From the NCBI GenBank assembly GCA_965238075.1, contig OZ250173.1, forward strand, positions 1,664,001-1,728,000: a DNA stretch of 64,000 nucleotides, in the 5' to 3' direction. Within the stretch, counting starts at the first letter, position 1. Each line of letters begins with the position of its first letter. Both the position numbers and the translations under genes were made by a program. This DNA comes from Candidatus Entotheonellaceae bacterium. Lineage in GTDB: Bacteria; Tectomicrobia; Entotheonellia; Entotheonellales; Entotheonellaceae. The notes under the pieces are model-generated. The model had not been told where the DNA came from, made no database searches, and was given only the letters and a program-made list of their open reading frames with translations. Positions 42,688-53,793 of the stretch are shown here, piece after piece.

Positions 42688-43098
42688 TTATGGCAGGGGT
42701 CGAAACTTCGGCAAGGTAATTTCTGGCGTTACGTCGTCGAAAACAACTTCTACGGGCAGCCCCAAGCGCAACCGGTCGGCGGGCAAATCAAGCACGTGGG
42801 AGACCATCCGAACGCCCTCCTCCAATTCCACCACAACAGCGGCATACGGCAATTCCTCCGCAAAGCCAGGGTGCAAAGCGCGGTGAATCACAGTCCAACT
42901 GAAGACTTGCCCCTTGCCGCCGGCGCGCTCCCAGGTCCAGTTGAACGAGCCACAGGTCTGACAACTCTCACGGGGCATGTGTCGCCATGTTCCACAATCC
43001 CGACAGCGCTGGAAGCGCAATTCATGCTGCTTACAGAACTGGTAGAACTCGCCGTTGAAGTCCTCGCCACGAGGTAACGGCTTGCCATAGGCTTCCAT
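42688..43098 (-). CDS. Zn-ribbon/OB-fold protein (DUF35, ChsH2-like)
   Basis: QRCRDCG...CQTCGS and PYAAVVVELEEG. Confidence 0.9.
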   Translation of the reverse strand: MEAYGKPLPRGEDFNGEFYQFCKQHELRFQRCRDCGTWRHMPRESCQTCGSFNWTWERAGGKGQVFSWTVIHRALHPGFAEELPYAAVVVELEEGVRMVSHVLDLPADRLRLGLPVEVVFDDVTPEITLPKFRPLP

Positions 43099-43101
43099 TG
43101 G

Positions 43102-44268
43102 TTACCTCCTGAGAATAACCAGGCTGCCGTCGCCGAAATCACCCCATCCAGTCACCAAGCCCAACTCGCAATTCTCCACCTGCAAACCGGCTTCATGCCG
43201 CAATTGCCGGGTCGCCTCCACAACATGATTGAGGCCCCAAACGTGCGCCTCGGAATGCAGACCGCCGTGCGTGTTACAGGGCAAGTCGCCATCAACGCGC
43301 AATGTGCCGCCTTTAACAAACTCACGCGACTCGCCTACCCCGCAAAATCCAAGCGCCTCCAGTTGCAACATTACAACGTACGTAAAGCAATCGTAAATCT
43401 GGGCAAAATCCATATCCTGAGGCGTCACACCAGCCATTCCGAAGGCGTGCGGTGCGGCGAAGCTGAGGCCAATCCTGAAGAAATCGGGGCGATTCGGGAT
43501 GTCATCAGCAGGATAGGGGTGCCCTTCCGCAATGCCCATGATGTACACGGGGTCATGTTGCAGGTCGAGAGCGCGTTCCGCCGACGTCACGACTACCGCA
43601 CAAGCGCCGTCTGTTTCCAGACAGCAGTCAAGGACACGGAAGGGAGAAGCAATCATGGGGGATTGGAGGTACTGTTCCATGGTCAACATACGGCCATACA
43701 TGTAGGCGCGGGGGTTGTGCTGGGCGTGGAAACGGCTGGCGAGGGCAACTTCGCCCATTTCTTCGTCAGTCGTGCCATGAAGTTCTCGATGCCGCGTGGC
43801 CAGCCAGGCGTAGTGCTGAACCGGGGCCAGCGCGCCATAAGGGGCATAGTAGTTGCGCAGGGCCTGGCTCAGGGCATTATCGGGTCGCGGCGGCGCGTCG
43901 GGCCGCTCGCGACGGCTGATACGTGCCTCCGAGTAGCCGTTCCAGCCAAAAGGGACCAGCACGTTGCGGGCGACGCCCAGAGTGACGGCCATAGCGGCGC
44001 TTTGTAAGGCCGTTACTGGGCTGGCACCACCCATTTGCACCGTCGTGGAGTACCGCAGATCGCTCACCCCCAGATTGGCGGCCAAGGCTTCCTGATAGAT
44101 GTAGGACGAAGACAAGACGAAGCCGTCAATGTCCTGCACCGTCAACCCGGCGTCGCGGATGGCATGCCGGGAAGCTTCCAGTACCAGACGCAGAACGGTC
44201 TTCTGCGACCCTCTGGTGTAGGCACTTTCTCCAACCCCGACGATGCAGGCTTGGTCTTTCAAGGTCAT
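43102..44268 (-). CDS. Thiolase-fold lipid-transfer protein (Ltp2/SCP-x-like)
   Basis: [31 protein letters not shown] and EATRQLR. Confidence 0.88.
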   Translation of the reverse strand: MTLKDQACIVGVGESAYTRGSQKTVLRLVLEASRHAIRDAGLTVQDIDGFVLSSSYIYQEALAANLGVSDLRYSTTVQMGGASPVTALQSAAMAVTLGVARNVLVPFGWNGYSEARISRRERPDAPPRPDNALSQALRNYYAPYGALAPVQHYAWLATRHRELHGTTDEEMGEVALASRFHAQHNPRAYMYGRMLTMEQYLQSPMIASPFRVLDCCLETDGACAVVVTSAERALDLQHDPVYIMGIAEGHPYPADDIPNRPDFFRIGLSFAAPHAFGMAGVTPQDMDFAQIYDCFTYVVMLQLEALGFCGVGESREFVKGGTLRVDGDLPCNTHGGLHSEAHVWGLNHVVEATRQLRHEAGLQVENCELGLVTGWGDFGDGSLVILRR

Positions 44269-44396
44269 GGATGCGTTCCTCTCGGTATGTTGTACCGGTC
44301 ACCGCATGTGCTCCATGCAGACAAATCATGCTACCATACGCTGTTCTTAGAGCAAGAAACTCCCAAGAGCAGTCCTTTGAGAGGGAGCAGCGACCC

Positions 44397-45683
44397 ATGT
44401 ACGCCGAACTTTTCCAATTTTCCGTCGGCCGCGATGGTTATTACGGGCAGTTTGGCGGAGCATTCATCCCGGAAATCCTGCACGAAACCATTCAGGAATT
44501 GACGGCAGCCTTCAACGACGCCCAGTCCGACCCTGCCTTCTGGGATGCGTATGTTGCCTTGATGTCGAGTTACTCCTGCCGCCCCACGCCGCTGACCCAC
44601 TTGGAAAATTTGAGCAAGGACCTTGGCGGCGCGCAGATTTACGCCAAACGGGAAGATCTGAACCACACCGGTGCGCACAAGGTCAACAACGTGATGGGGC
44701 AGGGATTGTTGGTGCAGCGCATGGGCAAACAACGGGTTATCGCGGAAACGGGGGCCGGCCAGCACGGCGTGGCCACGGCAACCATGGCGGCGCGCATGGG
44801 ATTTGAGTGCACGATTTACATGGGATCGGTGGACGTGGAGCGACAGCGGCCGAATGTGTTCTGGATGGAGCAACTGGGTGCGCGCGTGGTGTCCGTGGAC
44901 GACGGCACCAAAACTCTGAAAGACGCCATTAACGCCACGCTGCGCGATTGGGCCGACTCGATGCACACGACGCACTACGTCATGGGCACGGTATGCGGTC
45001 CGCATCCCTTTCCGCAAATGGTCACCTACTTCCAATCGCTCATTGGCCGGGAGGCCCGTTCGCAGACGTTGGAGCAGACCGGCAAGCTACCGAAAAGGGT
45101 TTATGCGTGTGTCGGCGGCGGATCGAATGCCTCGGGCATCTTTGCCGGCTTTCTGGATGACGCAGAGGTGGAGCTAGTGGGCGTCGAAGCGGGCGGCCTG
45201 GGCTTGGACAGCGGCCAACATGCAGCTCGGCTGGCGCGCAATGTGGGGTCCACTGGGGTCGCGCAGGGTTACAAAACGCGCTTTCTGCAAAATGCCGAAG
45301 GGCAGATGCGGCCAACGCATTCAGTCTCAGCAGGTTTGGATTATGTTGGCGTAGGTCCCGTCTTGGCACACCTGCATGACATCGGCCGCATCCGCGTTGA
45401 AGCCGCCACGGACACCGACGTTCTGGCTACCTTGCAACAGGTGATGCGGCGCGAGGGCATCATTCCCGCCCTGGAGAGCACCCACGCCTTTGTCACCGCG
45501 CTGAAGGAAGCCCCGCATTTGTCATCGCAGGACAGCATTTTGATCAATCAGTCGGGGCGCGGTGACAAGGACATTTTTACGATTGCTGAAGCGCTCGGCG
45601 ACGACCCCTGGCGGGCATTCTTGCGGCAAAAGGTGGGGGAATGGAATGCAGGGACAACCGCAAACGACGGGATGCCGGCATGA
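44397..45683 (+). CDS. trpB: Tryptophan synthase beta chain
   Basis: KREDLNHTGAHK, AETGAGQHG, ACVGGGSN, SAGLDY, IIPALES and SGRGDKD. Confidence 0.95.
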   Translation: MYAELFQFSVGRDGYYGQFGGAFIPEILHETIQELTAAFNDAQSDPAFWDAYVALMSSYSCRPTPLTHLENLSKDLGGAQIYAKREDLNHTGAHKVNNVMGQGLLVQRMGKQRVIAETGAGQHGVATATMAARMGFECTIYMGSVDVERQRPNVFWMEQLGARVVSVDDGTKTLKDAINATLRDWADSMHTTHYVMGTVCGPHPFPQMVTYFQSLIGREARSQTLEQTGKLPKRVYACVGGGSNASGIFAGFLDDAEVELVGVEAGGLGLDSGQHAARLARNVGSTGVAQGYKTRFLQNAEGQMRPTHSVSAGLDYVGVGPVLAHLHDIGRIRVEAATDTDVLATLQQVMRREGIIPALESTHAFVTALKEAPHLSSQDSILINQSGRGDKDIFTIAEALGDDPWRAFLRQKVGEWNAGTTANDGMPA

Positions 45684-46486
45684 CACGCTTGGAAGACTAT
45701 ATTCGCCAGCGTTTGCAGCGGAAACGACTCCTGGTGATGACCCATGCCATCGTCGGATACCCTTCCTTCGAGGCCAACATGACCATGCTGGAAGCCATGC
45801 AGCGGGCGGATGTCGATCTCGTGGAACTCCAACTCCCCTTCAGTGAGCCAATCGCCGACGGTCCGGTGTTCGTGCGCGCCAACCAGTGCGCGCTCGAAGC
45901 CGGCGTCGCCTGGGAAAACTACTTCGCGTTCATGCAGCGGGCCACCACCGCGTTTGACTTCAAAGTCCTGATGATGGGTTATTACAATAGCATTCTTCAG
46001 ATGGGCCATGAACAGTTTTGCGCTTGTCTGGCGGAGCACGGCGGTGGCGGGTTCATCGTGGCCGACCTGCCCCCGGAAGAGGCTGACGACCTGCATCAAT
46101 ACGCTGCCGCCTACCAGCAATCGCCCATTGTCATGATGACGCCGGTCAACTCCGAGCCGCGACTTCGGGAGATTGCCTCCAAAGCCAGCGGCTTCGTGTA
46201 TTGTGTCGCACGTCGGGGTGTTACCGGCCGCCATACGCAGGTCGATGAGGGTCTGGAAGCCTTCATCGCGCGTTGTCGTTCAGCTACATCTTTGCCGTTG
46301 GCGCTTGGCTTTGGCCTCCGCACACACCAGGATTTGCAGCGCGTCAAAGGGCTCGTTGACATCGGCATCATTGGCACCGCATTGTTGACGGCCTGGGAGC
46401 AAGGCGGGGCCGAACGTTACGGTGCCCTGTTGCAAGAGTTGACGTCGGCGGTGACGCGACCGGATGGGACGCCTCCCCGAACATAG
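45680..46486 (+). CDS. trpA: Tryptophan synthase alpha chain
   Basis: ELQLPFSEPIADGP, DLPPEE, GVTG and GFG. ATGA overlap with trpB. Confidence 0.93.
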   Translation: MTRLEDYIRQRLQRKRLLVMTHAIVGYPSFEANMTMLEAMQRADVDLVELQLPFSEPIADGPVFVRANQCALEAGVAWENYFAFMQRATTAFDFKVLMMGYYNSILQMGHEQFCACLAEHGGGGFIVADLPPEEADDLHQYAAAYQQSPIVMMTPVNSEPRLREIASKASGFVYCVARRGVTGRHTQVDEGLEAFIARCRSATSLPLALGFGLRTHQDLQRVKGLVDIGIIGTALLTAWEQGGAERYGALLQELTSAVTRPDGTPPRT

Positions 46487-46566
46487 CCCTGTTATCAGGT
46501 CCTGAACATGACAAGGTTCACCAGTCTGCAAGCATATAATGTCATTTGGCCAAGGAGGACAAAAAT

Positions 46567-46785
46567 ATGGCTATCGTTCTGATGGAAGAAGTGCTCATGG
46601 GGTTGGAAGATGCCAAGGATTCGTTGGAACAGGCCGTTCTCACGCTGGAAGGCATGACCGAAGACATGCATCCTGACATGGCGGATTTGAGGGAGGTCAT
46701 TGAGCAGACGCTATTGCTGCCCCTGCAGTCTCGCGCCGCCGTGTTGGAGACCTTGCTGGAGGAGGTCGCCGATACCATTCCATGA
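46567..46785 (+). CDS. Small acidic helical hypothetical protein
   Basis: Strong RBS AAGGAGG, CATATAAT upstream, 72 aa, Leu/Glu-rich. Confidence 0.6.
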   Translation: MAIVLMEEVLMGLEDAKDSLEQAVLTLEGMTEDMHPDMADLREVIEQTLLLPLQSRAAVLETLLEEVADTIP

Positions 46786-46795
46786 ATGGCCGGGT

Positions 46796-47710
46796 TCAAT
46801 CCGTATGATATCGGGGCACGACGAGCTTGGCCAACCGAGCCAGCTGATTGTAGAACGCCGCGCCGGAAACCATCGGGCGCAGGACGAATTTGCTGACACC
46901 CACTTCCACATATTCGTCGATTCGGCGCAGAATGGCATCCGGTTTACGCCAAGCGGCATAGGATTCGAACGGCGTGTTCGGGTCGATACGCTTCATCAAC
47001 GTCTGGATCTCAGCGCTTAGGTCCCCATCTCCGAAGTGAAACGGAACGATCGTTCCGTAATGATCCTCCGGCACCTCCCGTCCATACGCCTCAGCCGCGC
47101 TGCGGATTGCGCCCACGGCCTTCCCTGCCTCAGAAGGCGGTTGGTACGATCCCAAGAAGCCGTCCCCCAAACGGGCCACCCGCTTATAAGCCGCTTGGGA
47201 GCGACCCCCGAACCAGACCGGCAAGGGTTGCTGACAAGGCTTGGGCTGAATCGTCAACTCGTGGGTGCTGTAGAATTCGCCCGCATGCGAAACCGCCTCC
47301 TCGCTCCACAAACGGCGCATCAGCGGCACGGCCTCGTCGGTCATAGCGCCCCGGCGCTGCGGCGTCCTGCCCACCGCCAGCCACTCTGCTTCCTGGGCTA
47401 CCCCCAGCCCGAAAGCCGGCAGCATGCGGCCGTTGCTAAGGAAGTCGATGGTGGCGATTTCCTTGGCCAGGATCAGCGGGTCGCGCACCGGCAGCACCGC
47501 CACACTCATGCCGAATTTGATGCGCTGCGTTCGTCCTGCAATCATAGCCAATGCCGTGATGGGTTCGAGCGCCGGAGCAGGGTTGCGGATGCGATCATTC
47601 AGCCAGATTGAATCCAGCCCGCTTTCTTCCACGAGATCCACCATATCCCAGAAATCGTCGACGCACTCGAATGGCCAGCCGGAAAATCCAACCCCGATCC
47701 GTATTTTCAT
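46796..47710 (-). CDS. LLM-class flavin/F420-dependent oxidoreductase
   Basis: AMIAGRTQRIKFG, LAKEIATIDFLSNGR, PKPCQ and PVWFGG. Confidence 0.88.
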   Translation of the reverse strand: MKIRIGVGFSGWPFECVDDFWDMVDLVEESGLDSIWLNDRIRNPAPALEPITALAMIAGRTQRIKFGMSVAVLPVRDPLILAKEIATIDFLSNGRMLPAFGLGVAQEAEWLAVGRTPQRRGAMTDEAVPLMRRLWSEEAVSHAGEFYSTHELTIQPKPCQQPLPVWFGGRSQAAYKRVARLGDGFLGSYQPPSEAGKAVGAIRSAAEAYGREVPEDHYGTIVPFHFGDGDLSAEIQTLMKRIDPNTPFESYAAWRKPDAILRRIDEYVEVGVSKFVLRPMVSGAAFYNQLARLAKLVVPRYHTD

Positions 47711-47744
47711 GCCCACCCTTCTCCCCGCCTGACAGTTGAAGCCA

Positions 47745-49562
47745 TCACGCCGTCGTCGTACAGGCGTCCCGCAGCCAAGCGCGGTGTTCCGGCACCAGCA
47801 GCGGTTCCATCGTTTGTAGGACACGCTCATGATACTCGTCGAGCCAAGCGGCCTCGGCGGCAGAAAGCTGTTCCCGGTCGATCAGGCGCTGATCGAAGGG
47901 GATCAGCGTCAGCGGCTCGAATCGCAGCCAGCCCTTGCCGGACGGATGCGGCGGCATGTCGTCATCGGGTACCACAACGTACAGGTTTTCCAGGCGGATG
48001 CCGCCCCAACCCTCCTCGTAATAGCCGGGTTCGTTCGAGACCACCATGCCGCGCTTCAGCGGCTCGCCGCTGCCGTGCGGCGACAGGCGCTGCGGACCCT
48101 CATGGACATTGAGAAACGCGCCCACGCCGTGCCCGGTGCCGTGTCCGTAATCCAGACCGGCATTCCACATCAGGGAGCGCGCCACCGCGTCTAGCGCCTC
48201 ACCGCTGGTGCCCTCGGGAAATTTCTGCCGCGCCAACTGGATATGGCAGCGCAGCACGAGAGTATACAGTCGGCGCTGGCGGTCCGTGCACGAGCCGACA
48301 ACGACGGTGCGCGTGTCGTCCGTCGTCCCTCCCATGACTTGCGCCCCGGAATCCACCAGAAACAGGTCTCCGTCGGTGAGCAAAACGTCATCACTGGCTT
48401 GGCTATAGTGCACAATCGCGCCGTTCGCCCCGGCCGCGGCGATGGTGGTGAAGCTCAAGTCACTAAACCCCTCCTCGCTGGAATACTCCTCATGCAGCAT
48501 TTCCGAGTACGCCCGTTCGCTCACACCCTGGCCCGCGTCAAGAAGTTGCTCAAGGCGAGCCAGGCTGCGAATCTTCGCCGCCGCGGCGTGCAGATGCGCT
48601 CGCTGCATGCTGGCGACCTCGGCGTCGTTCTTCTCCGCCTTCATCGCCACCACGGGGTTGCGGTGCTCACGAATGCAGGCCGTCTCCGGCAGCAGCAAGC
48701 GCGTGCCCATCGTCGTGCCGTCGGGGTCGAGCCACACCGCCTGCCCGGCGGGTATCTCCAACTGCCGCACCGCCTGGGGGTATGCCTCATAAGCCTGGAA
48801 AACGATGTCGGGTGCGACCTCCTGACGAAGAGTCGCGGAGGGCGTAGCGTGGGTGAAGCAGATGGCGCGCTCGCTCTCGACGATCAAGTAGGACTCGAAC
48901 ACCGGATTGTAGTCGATGTCACTACCCCGCAGATTGGTTATCCAGGCGATCTCGTCCAGCTTTGTGACGATCAGCGCCCCGGCTCCGGCCTCGGTCATCT
49001 TCTGGCGAATGGCCGCCAGCTTGTCGCCGACCGATCGGCCCGTCACCTCATCAGGCAGAGCATAGATCGGCTGCGCCGGCGCCGCCGGGCGGTCGTCCCA
49101 CACCTCGTCAATCAGATTGATGTCGATCGGCACCAAGGCCGAGCCGGACGCCGACAGGGCCGCTGCGTAGGACGCATGGGACGCCATGGCGTGCAGAAAC
49201 GGATCGAAGCCGACCCGCAATGTCCCGTGCTGCTTTTCCATTTCGGCGAGCCAGCCCTTCAGGGTATATGCGTCGGCCAACCCAACCTTGTGAACACGAA
49301 ACTGACCGGGATCGACTTCCTGTTCAGCCTGCAGGTGGTAGCGCGAGTCCACGAACAGGTGGTTCCCGTAAGGCGACAGCAGCACGTCGCCCGCCGACCC
49401 GGTAAAACCGCTGATGGCGGCGCGGCGGCACTGGTAGGTTGGCACGTATTCGTTCAGGTGGGCGTCGGAAGAGGGAACCAGATAGGCGTCGACCTGATAC
49501 TCGGTCAGCCGCTGTTGAACCCGCTCAAGCCGTTGGACGAGACGATCGGAGGCATCGGACAT
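47745..49562 (-). CDS. Xaa-Pro aminopeptidase (aminopeptidase P, M24B)
   Basis: DAHLNEY, GFTGSAG, DSGAQ, GTTD, HGTGHGVG, HEGP, NEPGYY and GIRLEN. Confidence 0.93.
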   Translation of the reverse strand: MSDASDRLVQRLERVQQRLTEYQVDAYLVPSSDAHLNEYVPTYQCRRAAISGFTGSAGDVLLSPYGNHLFVDSRYHLQAEQEVDPGQFRVHKVGLADAYTLKGWLAEMEKQHGTLRVGFDPFLHAMASHASYAAALSASGSALVPIDINLIDEVWDDRPAAPAQPIYALPDEVTGRSVGDKLAAIRQKMTEAGAGALIVTKLDEIAWITNLRGSDIDYNPVFESYLIVESERAICFTHATPSATLRQEVAPDIVFQAYEAYPQAVRQLEIPAGQAVWLDPDGTTMGTRLLLPETACIREHRNPVVAMKAEKNDAEVASMQRAHLHAAAAKIRSLARLEQLLDAGQGVSERAYSEMLHEEYSSEEGFSDLSFTTIAAAGANGAIVHYSQASDDVLLTDGDLFLVDSGAQVMGGTTDDTRTVVVGSCTDRQRRLYTLVLRCHIQLARQKFPEGTSGEALDAVARSLMWNAGLDYGHGTGHGVGAFLNVHEGPQRLSPHGSGEPLKRGMVVSNEPGYYEEGWGGIRLENLYVVVPDDDMPPHPSGKGWLRFEPLTLIPFDQRLIDREQLSAAEAAWLDEYHERVLQTMEPLLVPEHRAWLRDACTTTA

Positions 49563-49886
49563 GATCGCACCTGCTCCTTATGGGTTGCTGCACACATGGG
49601 CTCTACGAGAATATGCCAGAATGACTCGTTACACGCTGCATGTCATGGAATCGAATGGTTGCCAATTCTACAGGGCTCTGCTCCCGGTTGCACCGGCAAA
49701 GCATCGCACCGTGTCTGCTGGCGCGGAATTGACCGGTACGCCGCGATGCAGTATAAACGGCGCACAGTAAACGGAATCCCTTCAGCCGATCCCGCCGGCA
49801 CGGTCTCCGGCAAGCGTTCCGATACGACATCTTTCCCTATTCTTTAGAGTATGCCTATGGCGTGCGGCGCAACAGGAGGCGTCACC

Positions 49887-50711
49887 ATGACCCGCTCGGA
49901 GGCACCCGAAACACTGGAAGGCTGGTACATCCAGCACGACATGTACACGGTAAAGTGGCCCGAGTGGCGCGCCATGGCACCAGCGGAGCGTGACGCCGTC
50001 ATCGCCGAAAGCGCCGACTGGCTGGCGACGCAGGCCACCCCGGAGCAGGGCATGAGCGCCTTCTTCAGCGTCCTGGGCCACAAGGCGGACATCCTGGCGG
50101 TGCATTTCCGGCCCACGCTGGAAGCCCTCAACGGCGTTGAGCTCGGGCTGCGCCAGACCGCGCTGTTCCCGTATCTGCAGCCCGCCTACAGCTATCTATC
50201 CGTCGTCGAACTAGGCTTGTACGAGGTGCTGGGAGTCGTCAACCGGAAGCTCGCCGCCGAGGGTCTGGAACCCGGCGTCGAGGGCTTCGAGGCCGCCCGC
50301 GAACGCGAGTTGGCGGCCCAGAAGGAGGCGCTGCGTCCCCGCCTGTATCCCGCCGTTCCGGCTGGCCGCTACGTGTGCTTCTATCCCATGGACAAGAAAC
50401 GCGGCGAGACCTACAACTGGTACGCCCTTCCGATGGAAGAGCGCCGGCAGTTGATGCGCGGCCACGGCATGGTGGGGCGCAAGTACGCCGGCAAGGTCAC
50501 GCAGATCATCAGCGGCTCGGTGGGGTTCGACGACTGGGAATGGGGCGTGACGCTGTTCGCCGACGACCCGCTGGTGTTCAAAAAGCTGATCTACGAGATG
50601 CGCTTCGACCCTGCCAGTTCACACTACGCCCTGTTCGGCGGCTTCTACGTCGGCATCCGCTTCGAGCCGTCCGAAATCGGGGCGCTGCTGTCCGGCAAGC
50701 CGCCGGCATAA
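49887..50711 (+). CDS. chdC: Coproheme decarboxylase (ChdC/HemQ)
   Basis: EGWY, SVVELGLY, FYPMDK (Tyr/Met/Lys), proximal HG, distal Gln (QIISGS) rather than the Arg of chlorite dismutase, and DDWEWGV. Confidence 0.85.
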   Translation: MTRSEAPETLEGWYIQHDMYTVKWPEWRAMAPAERDAVIAESADWLATQATPEQGMSAFFSVLGHKADILAVHFRPTLEALNGVELGLRQTALFPYLQPAYSYLSVVELGLYEVLGVVNRKLAAEGLEPGVEGFEAARERELAAQKEALRPRLYPAVPAGRYVCFYPMDKKRGETYNWYALPMEERRQLMRGHGMVGRKYAGKVTQIISGSVGFDDWEWGVTLFADDPLVFKKLIYEMRFDPASSHYALFGGFYVGIRFEPSEIGALLSGKPPA

Positions 50712-50721
50712 AGGAGACGCG

Positions 50722-51666
50722 ATGACGGCTTACATCCCGCGCGGCGTGATTCCCGCCAACCTGCTGCCATTCACGCCGGATTGGAAAATCGATGCCCCGG
50801 CGTATCGCCAACACCTGCGCGACCTGGCCGCGGTGGAGGGCATCACGGCAATCACCACCAACGGCCACGCTGCCGAGGTGCACGCGCTGTCGGCGGACGA
50901 GCAGCGAGAGGTGCTGGACATTACCCTGGACGAATTGGGCGACAAGTTGCCCATTATCTCCGGCATCTATGCGGACGACTCTCTGCAAGGCGCCCGTTTG
51001 GCCCGCTTGGCCCAAAGCGCGGGAGCCTGGTGCTTGCTGATTTTCCCGCCGCAGCCCTTCATCATGGGCGCCCAACGTCGCCCCGAAATGGTCCTGAAAC
51101 ATTTCGCCACCATTGCTTCCGCAACCGATTTGCCGCTCATCGCCTTCAATTACCCGCTGGCCGGCGGTCAAGGCTATACGACGGACACCCTCGTCCGCCT
51201 CGCCGAAACGGTGCCTTCTGTCGTCGCCATGAAGGACTGGTGCAACGACGGGTTACAACACACCAACAATATCAACGCCCTGCACAACCTCGGGCGCCCC
51301 TTCTCGGTACTCAGCACGCACAGCGCCTGGCTGCTCTCCTCGCTGGTATTGGGCTGCGATGGTCTGTTGTCCGGCATGGGCAGCGTTGTGGCCGATCTGC
51401 AAGTGGCGCTTTGGCAGGCGGTGCAGCGTTGCGATCTGGCCGAGAGCCAGCGCCTGCACGAGCTTCTGTGCCCCTTGGTGCAGGTTTTCTATGCTGCCCC
51501 AGCCGTGGACATGCACAACCGCATGAAGGAAGCCCTGGTTCTCTTGGGAAGACAACCGCGCGCGGTCGTGCGCCCGCCTCTGATTCCAATCACCCCGGCT
51601 GAGCGAGAAGAACTGCGCCGCGCGCTGGTTGAAGCACAGCTTTTGACGCTTTCCGCGGCGGACTGA
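50722..51666 (+). CDS. DapA/NanA-family (dihydrodipicolinate synthase-like) lyase
   Basis: GVIPANLLPF, NGHAAE, FNYP, Schiff-base MKD and VRPPL. Confidence 0.8.
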   Translation: MTAYIPRGVIPANLLPFTPDWKIDAPAYRQHLRDLAAVEGITAITTNGHAAEVHALSADEQREVLDITLDELGDKLPIISGIYADDSLQGARLARLAQSAGAWCLLIFPPQPFIMGAQRRPEMVLKHFATIASATDLPLIAFNYPLAGGQGYTTDTLVRLAETVPSVVAMKDWCNDGLQHTNNINALHNLGRPFSVLSTHSAWLLSSLVLGCDGLLSGMGSVVADLQVALWQAVQRCDLAESQRLHELLCPLVQVFYAAPAVDMHNRMKEALVLLGRQPRAVVRPPLIPITPAEREELRRALVEAQLLTLSAAD

Positions 51667-51670
51667 CGAC

Positions 51671-52252
51671 GTGGATACCATGCAAAGCAAAATAGCCGAC
51701 ATCCTGCAGGACGCCATCCGCACCAAACAGCGGCTGGCCGGCCATGCCGAAAACATCGAACGGTCCGTGCGCCTGCTCATCGACGCGCTTGCCAAGGGCC
51801 ACAAGGTCCTGGTCTGCGGCAATGGCGGTTCCGCCGCCGACGCCCAGCACATGGCCGGCGAGCTGGTCGGCCGGTTCCAAAAGGACCGGCGCGGCCTGCC
51901 GTGCGTGGCGCTGACGACCGACACCTCCATCCTGACCGCGTGCGCCAACGATTTCGGCTATGAAGAGGTGTTCGCCAGACAGGTAGAGGCCATCGGCGCT
52001 GCCGATGATGTTCTCGTCGGCATCTCGACGTCGGGCAACTCGGCGAACGTCATCAAGGCTTTCGAGGCCGCCGCGAGTGCAGGCATGAAGCGGGTGGCCC
52101 TGACGGGGAACGACGGCGGCCACATTGGAAAGATGGATGGTGTCCTGAGTATTGTTGTGCCGTCGTGTTCGACACAGCGCATCCAGGAGGGTCACATCAC
52201 CATCATTCACATCTTGTGCGAGCTGGTGGAAGACGCCCTGTTCGGAGACTGA
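51671..52252 (+). CDS. gmhA: Phosphoheptose isomerase
   Basis: CGNGGSAADAQH, ANDFGY, ISTSGNS and RIQEGH. Confidence 0.95.
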   Translation: MDTMQSKIADILQDAIRTKQRLAGHAENIERSVRLLIDALAKGHKVLVCGNGGSAADAQHMAGELVGRFQKDRRGLPCVALTTDTSILTACANDFGYEEVFARQVEAIGAADDVLVGISTSGNSANVIKAFEAAASAGMKRVALTGNDGGHIGKMDGVLSIVVPSCSTQRIQEGHITIIHILCELVEDALFGD

Positions 52253-52267
52253 CACCCTATACCCCCC

Positions 52268-53728
52268 ATGAACACACTGCCGCACAAATCCTGGCCTCGA
52301 AATCCGATAGCGGTCCTCGTTATCGGCGACGTCATGTGCGACACGTACCTGTCGGGACACGTCTCCCGCATCTCCCCCGAGGCCCCGGTACCTGTCTTCG
52401 AAAGCACCGAAAAACGGCACGTCCTGGGCGGCGCTGCCAACGTGGCGGCCAACCTTCGCGCGCTGGGTTGTGAGGTGCGCCTGGTGGGAGCGGTTGGCGA
52501 CGACATCACAGGGCGGTACGTACGGGAACAGGTACGGGCGCAAGGCATTAACGATGACTTGCTGGTGCAGGATGCCGGGCGCCCGACTACCGAGAAGACT
52601 CGCCTCATCGCCCGGCACCAGCAGTTGGTGCGCTTGGATCAGGAAAGCCGCCTTCCTCTGCCGGCTGAGCTGATTGCTCAAACGTTGGCCGGGGCCGAAT
52701 CCATCCTGGCTAAAGTGGATGGTCTCATCTGTTCCGATTACAACAAAGGCGTCTGCGTGCCCGACCTGCTTGTACCCCTCTTTGCCAAGGCAAAGGCCGC
52801 TAACCTACCCATTTTCGTCGATCCCAAGGCGCGGGACTTCACCCACTACCGAGGCGCCACCGTGCTGACCCCTAACCTAGCCGAGGTCAGGCACGCGACG
52901 GGTGACCCTCTAGAGGACGAGATGTCCCTGACCGCTGCCGCCGAATCGTTGTTGCGACAAAGCGAGGCGCAGGCCCTTCTGGTGACGCGCGGCGAAGCGG
53001 GCATGAGCCTGTTTCATCCCCCGGAAGCCCCGCAGCATTTGCCCGCACACACCCGCGACGTTTACGACGTGACCGGAGCCGGCGACACCGTAATCGCCGC
53101 CTTTGCGGCAGCGGCCATCGGCGGCCTGCCATACGCCGAGGCTGCGCGGCTGGCCAACGTGGCGGCGGGCATCGTCGTCGGCAAGACGGGCACGGCAGTT
53201 GTGTACCCGGAAGAATTGGAGGCCCATATACGGGCGCGCAACGCCCCTTGGCGGAGCAAATTGTGCACCTGCGACGAGCTGTCGAGGGCGCTTCAGCAGC
53301 ACCGGCAGCGAGGCGAGCGAATCGTCTTCACGAATGGCTGCTTCGATCTGCTACATGGCGGGCACATTCATTACCTCCAGCAAGCGCGGGCGCTTGGCGA
53401 CTGCCTGGTCGTGGCGCTGAACGACGACGAGTCGGTCCGCAGGCTGAAGGGCGAAAAACGGCCGCTGCGCCCGCAGGACGAACGGGCGCGCATGCTCGCC
53501 GCTCTCGCCTGTGTGGACTACGTGGTTCTTTTCGGCGAAGCCACCCCGTTGGCGTTGATTAAATCCCTCAGGCCGGATGTGCTCGTCAAGGGCGGCGACT
53601 ACGCGCTTGAGATGGTGGTGGGAAGAGAAGAAGTGGAGGCATACGGCGGCTCGGTGCACCTCGTACCCTACGTAGAGGGCGCTTCAACGACTGAACTCAT
53701 CAACGGGTTGCTGCAGCGCTATCGTTAA
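52268..53728 (+). CDS. hldE: Bifunctional heptose 7-phosphate kinase / heptose 1-phosphate adenylyltransferase
   Basis: [37 protein letters not shown] and KGGDY. Confidence 0.95.
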   Translation: MNTLPHKSWPRNPIAVLVIGDVMCDTYLSGHVSRISPEAPVPVFESTEKRHVLGGAANVAANLRALGCEVRLVGAVGDDITGRYVREQVRAQGINDDLLVQDAGRPTTEKTRLIARHQQLVRLDQESRLPLPAELIAQTLAGAESILAKVDGLICSDYNKGVCVPDLLVPLFAKAKAANLPIFVDPKARDFTHYRGATVLTPNLAEVRHATGDPLEDEMSLTAAAESLLRQSEAQALLVTRGEAGMSLFHPPEAPQHLPAHTRDVYDVTGAGDTVIAAFAAAAIGGLPYAEAARLANVAAGIVVGKTGTAVVYPEELEAHIRARNAPWRSKLCTCDELSRALQQHRQRGERIVFTNGCFDLLHGGHIHYLQQARALGDCLVVALNDDESVRRLKGEKRPLRPQDERARMLAALACVDYVVLFGEATPLALIKSLRPDVLVKGGDYALEMVVGREEVEAYGGSVHLVPYVEGASTTELINGLLQRYR

Positions 53729-53793
53729 GGCGCATTTGCCGCCTCTGGGGATACCGAGATTCGGCCCCAGCACATTTGAACAGGAGTCATGCC

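Noticed and set aside
44397-46486. trpBA apart from other trp genes
   Set aside because: Split trp operons are common and the catalytic motifs are canonical.
48243-49847. 534-aa plus-strand ORF
   Set aside because: Antisense shadow of the aminopeptidase P gene with no motifs; typical of high-GC codon bias.
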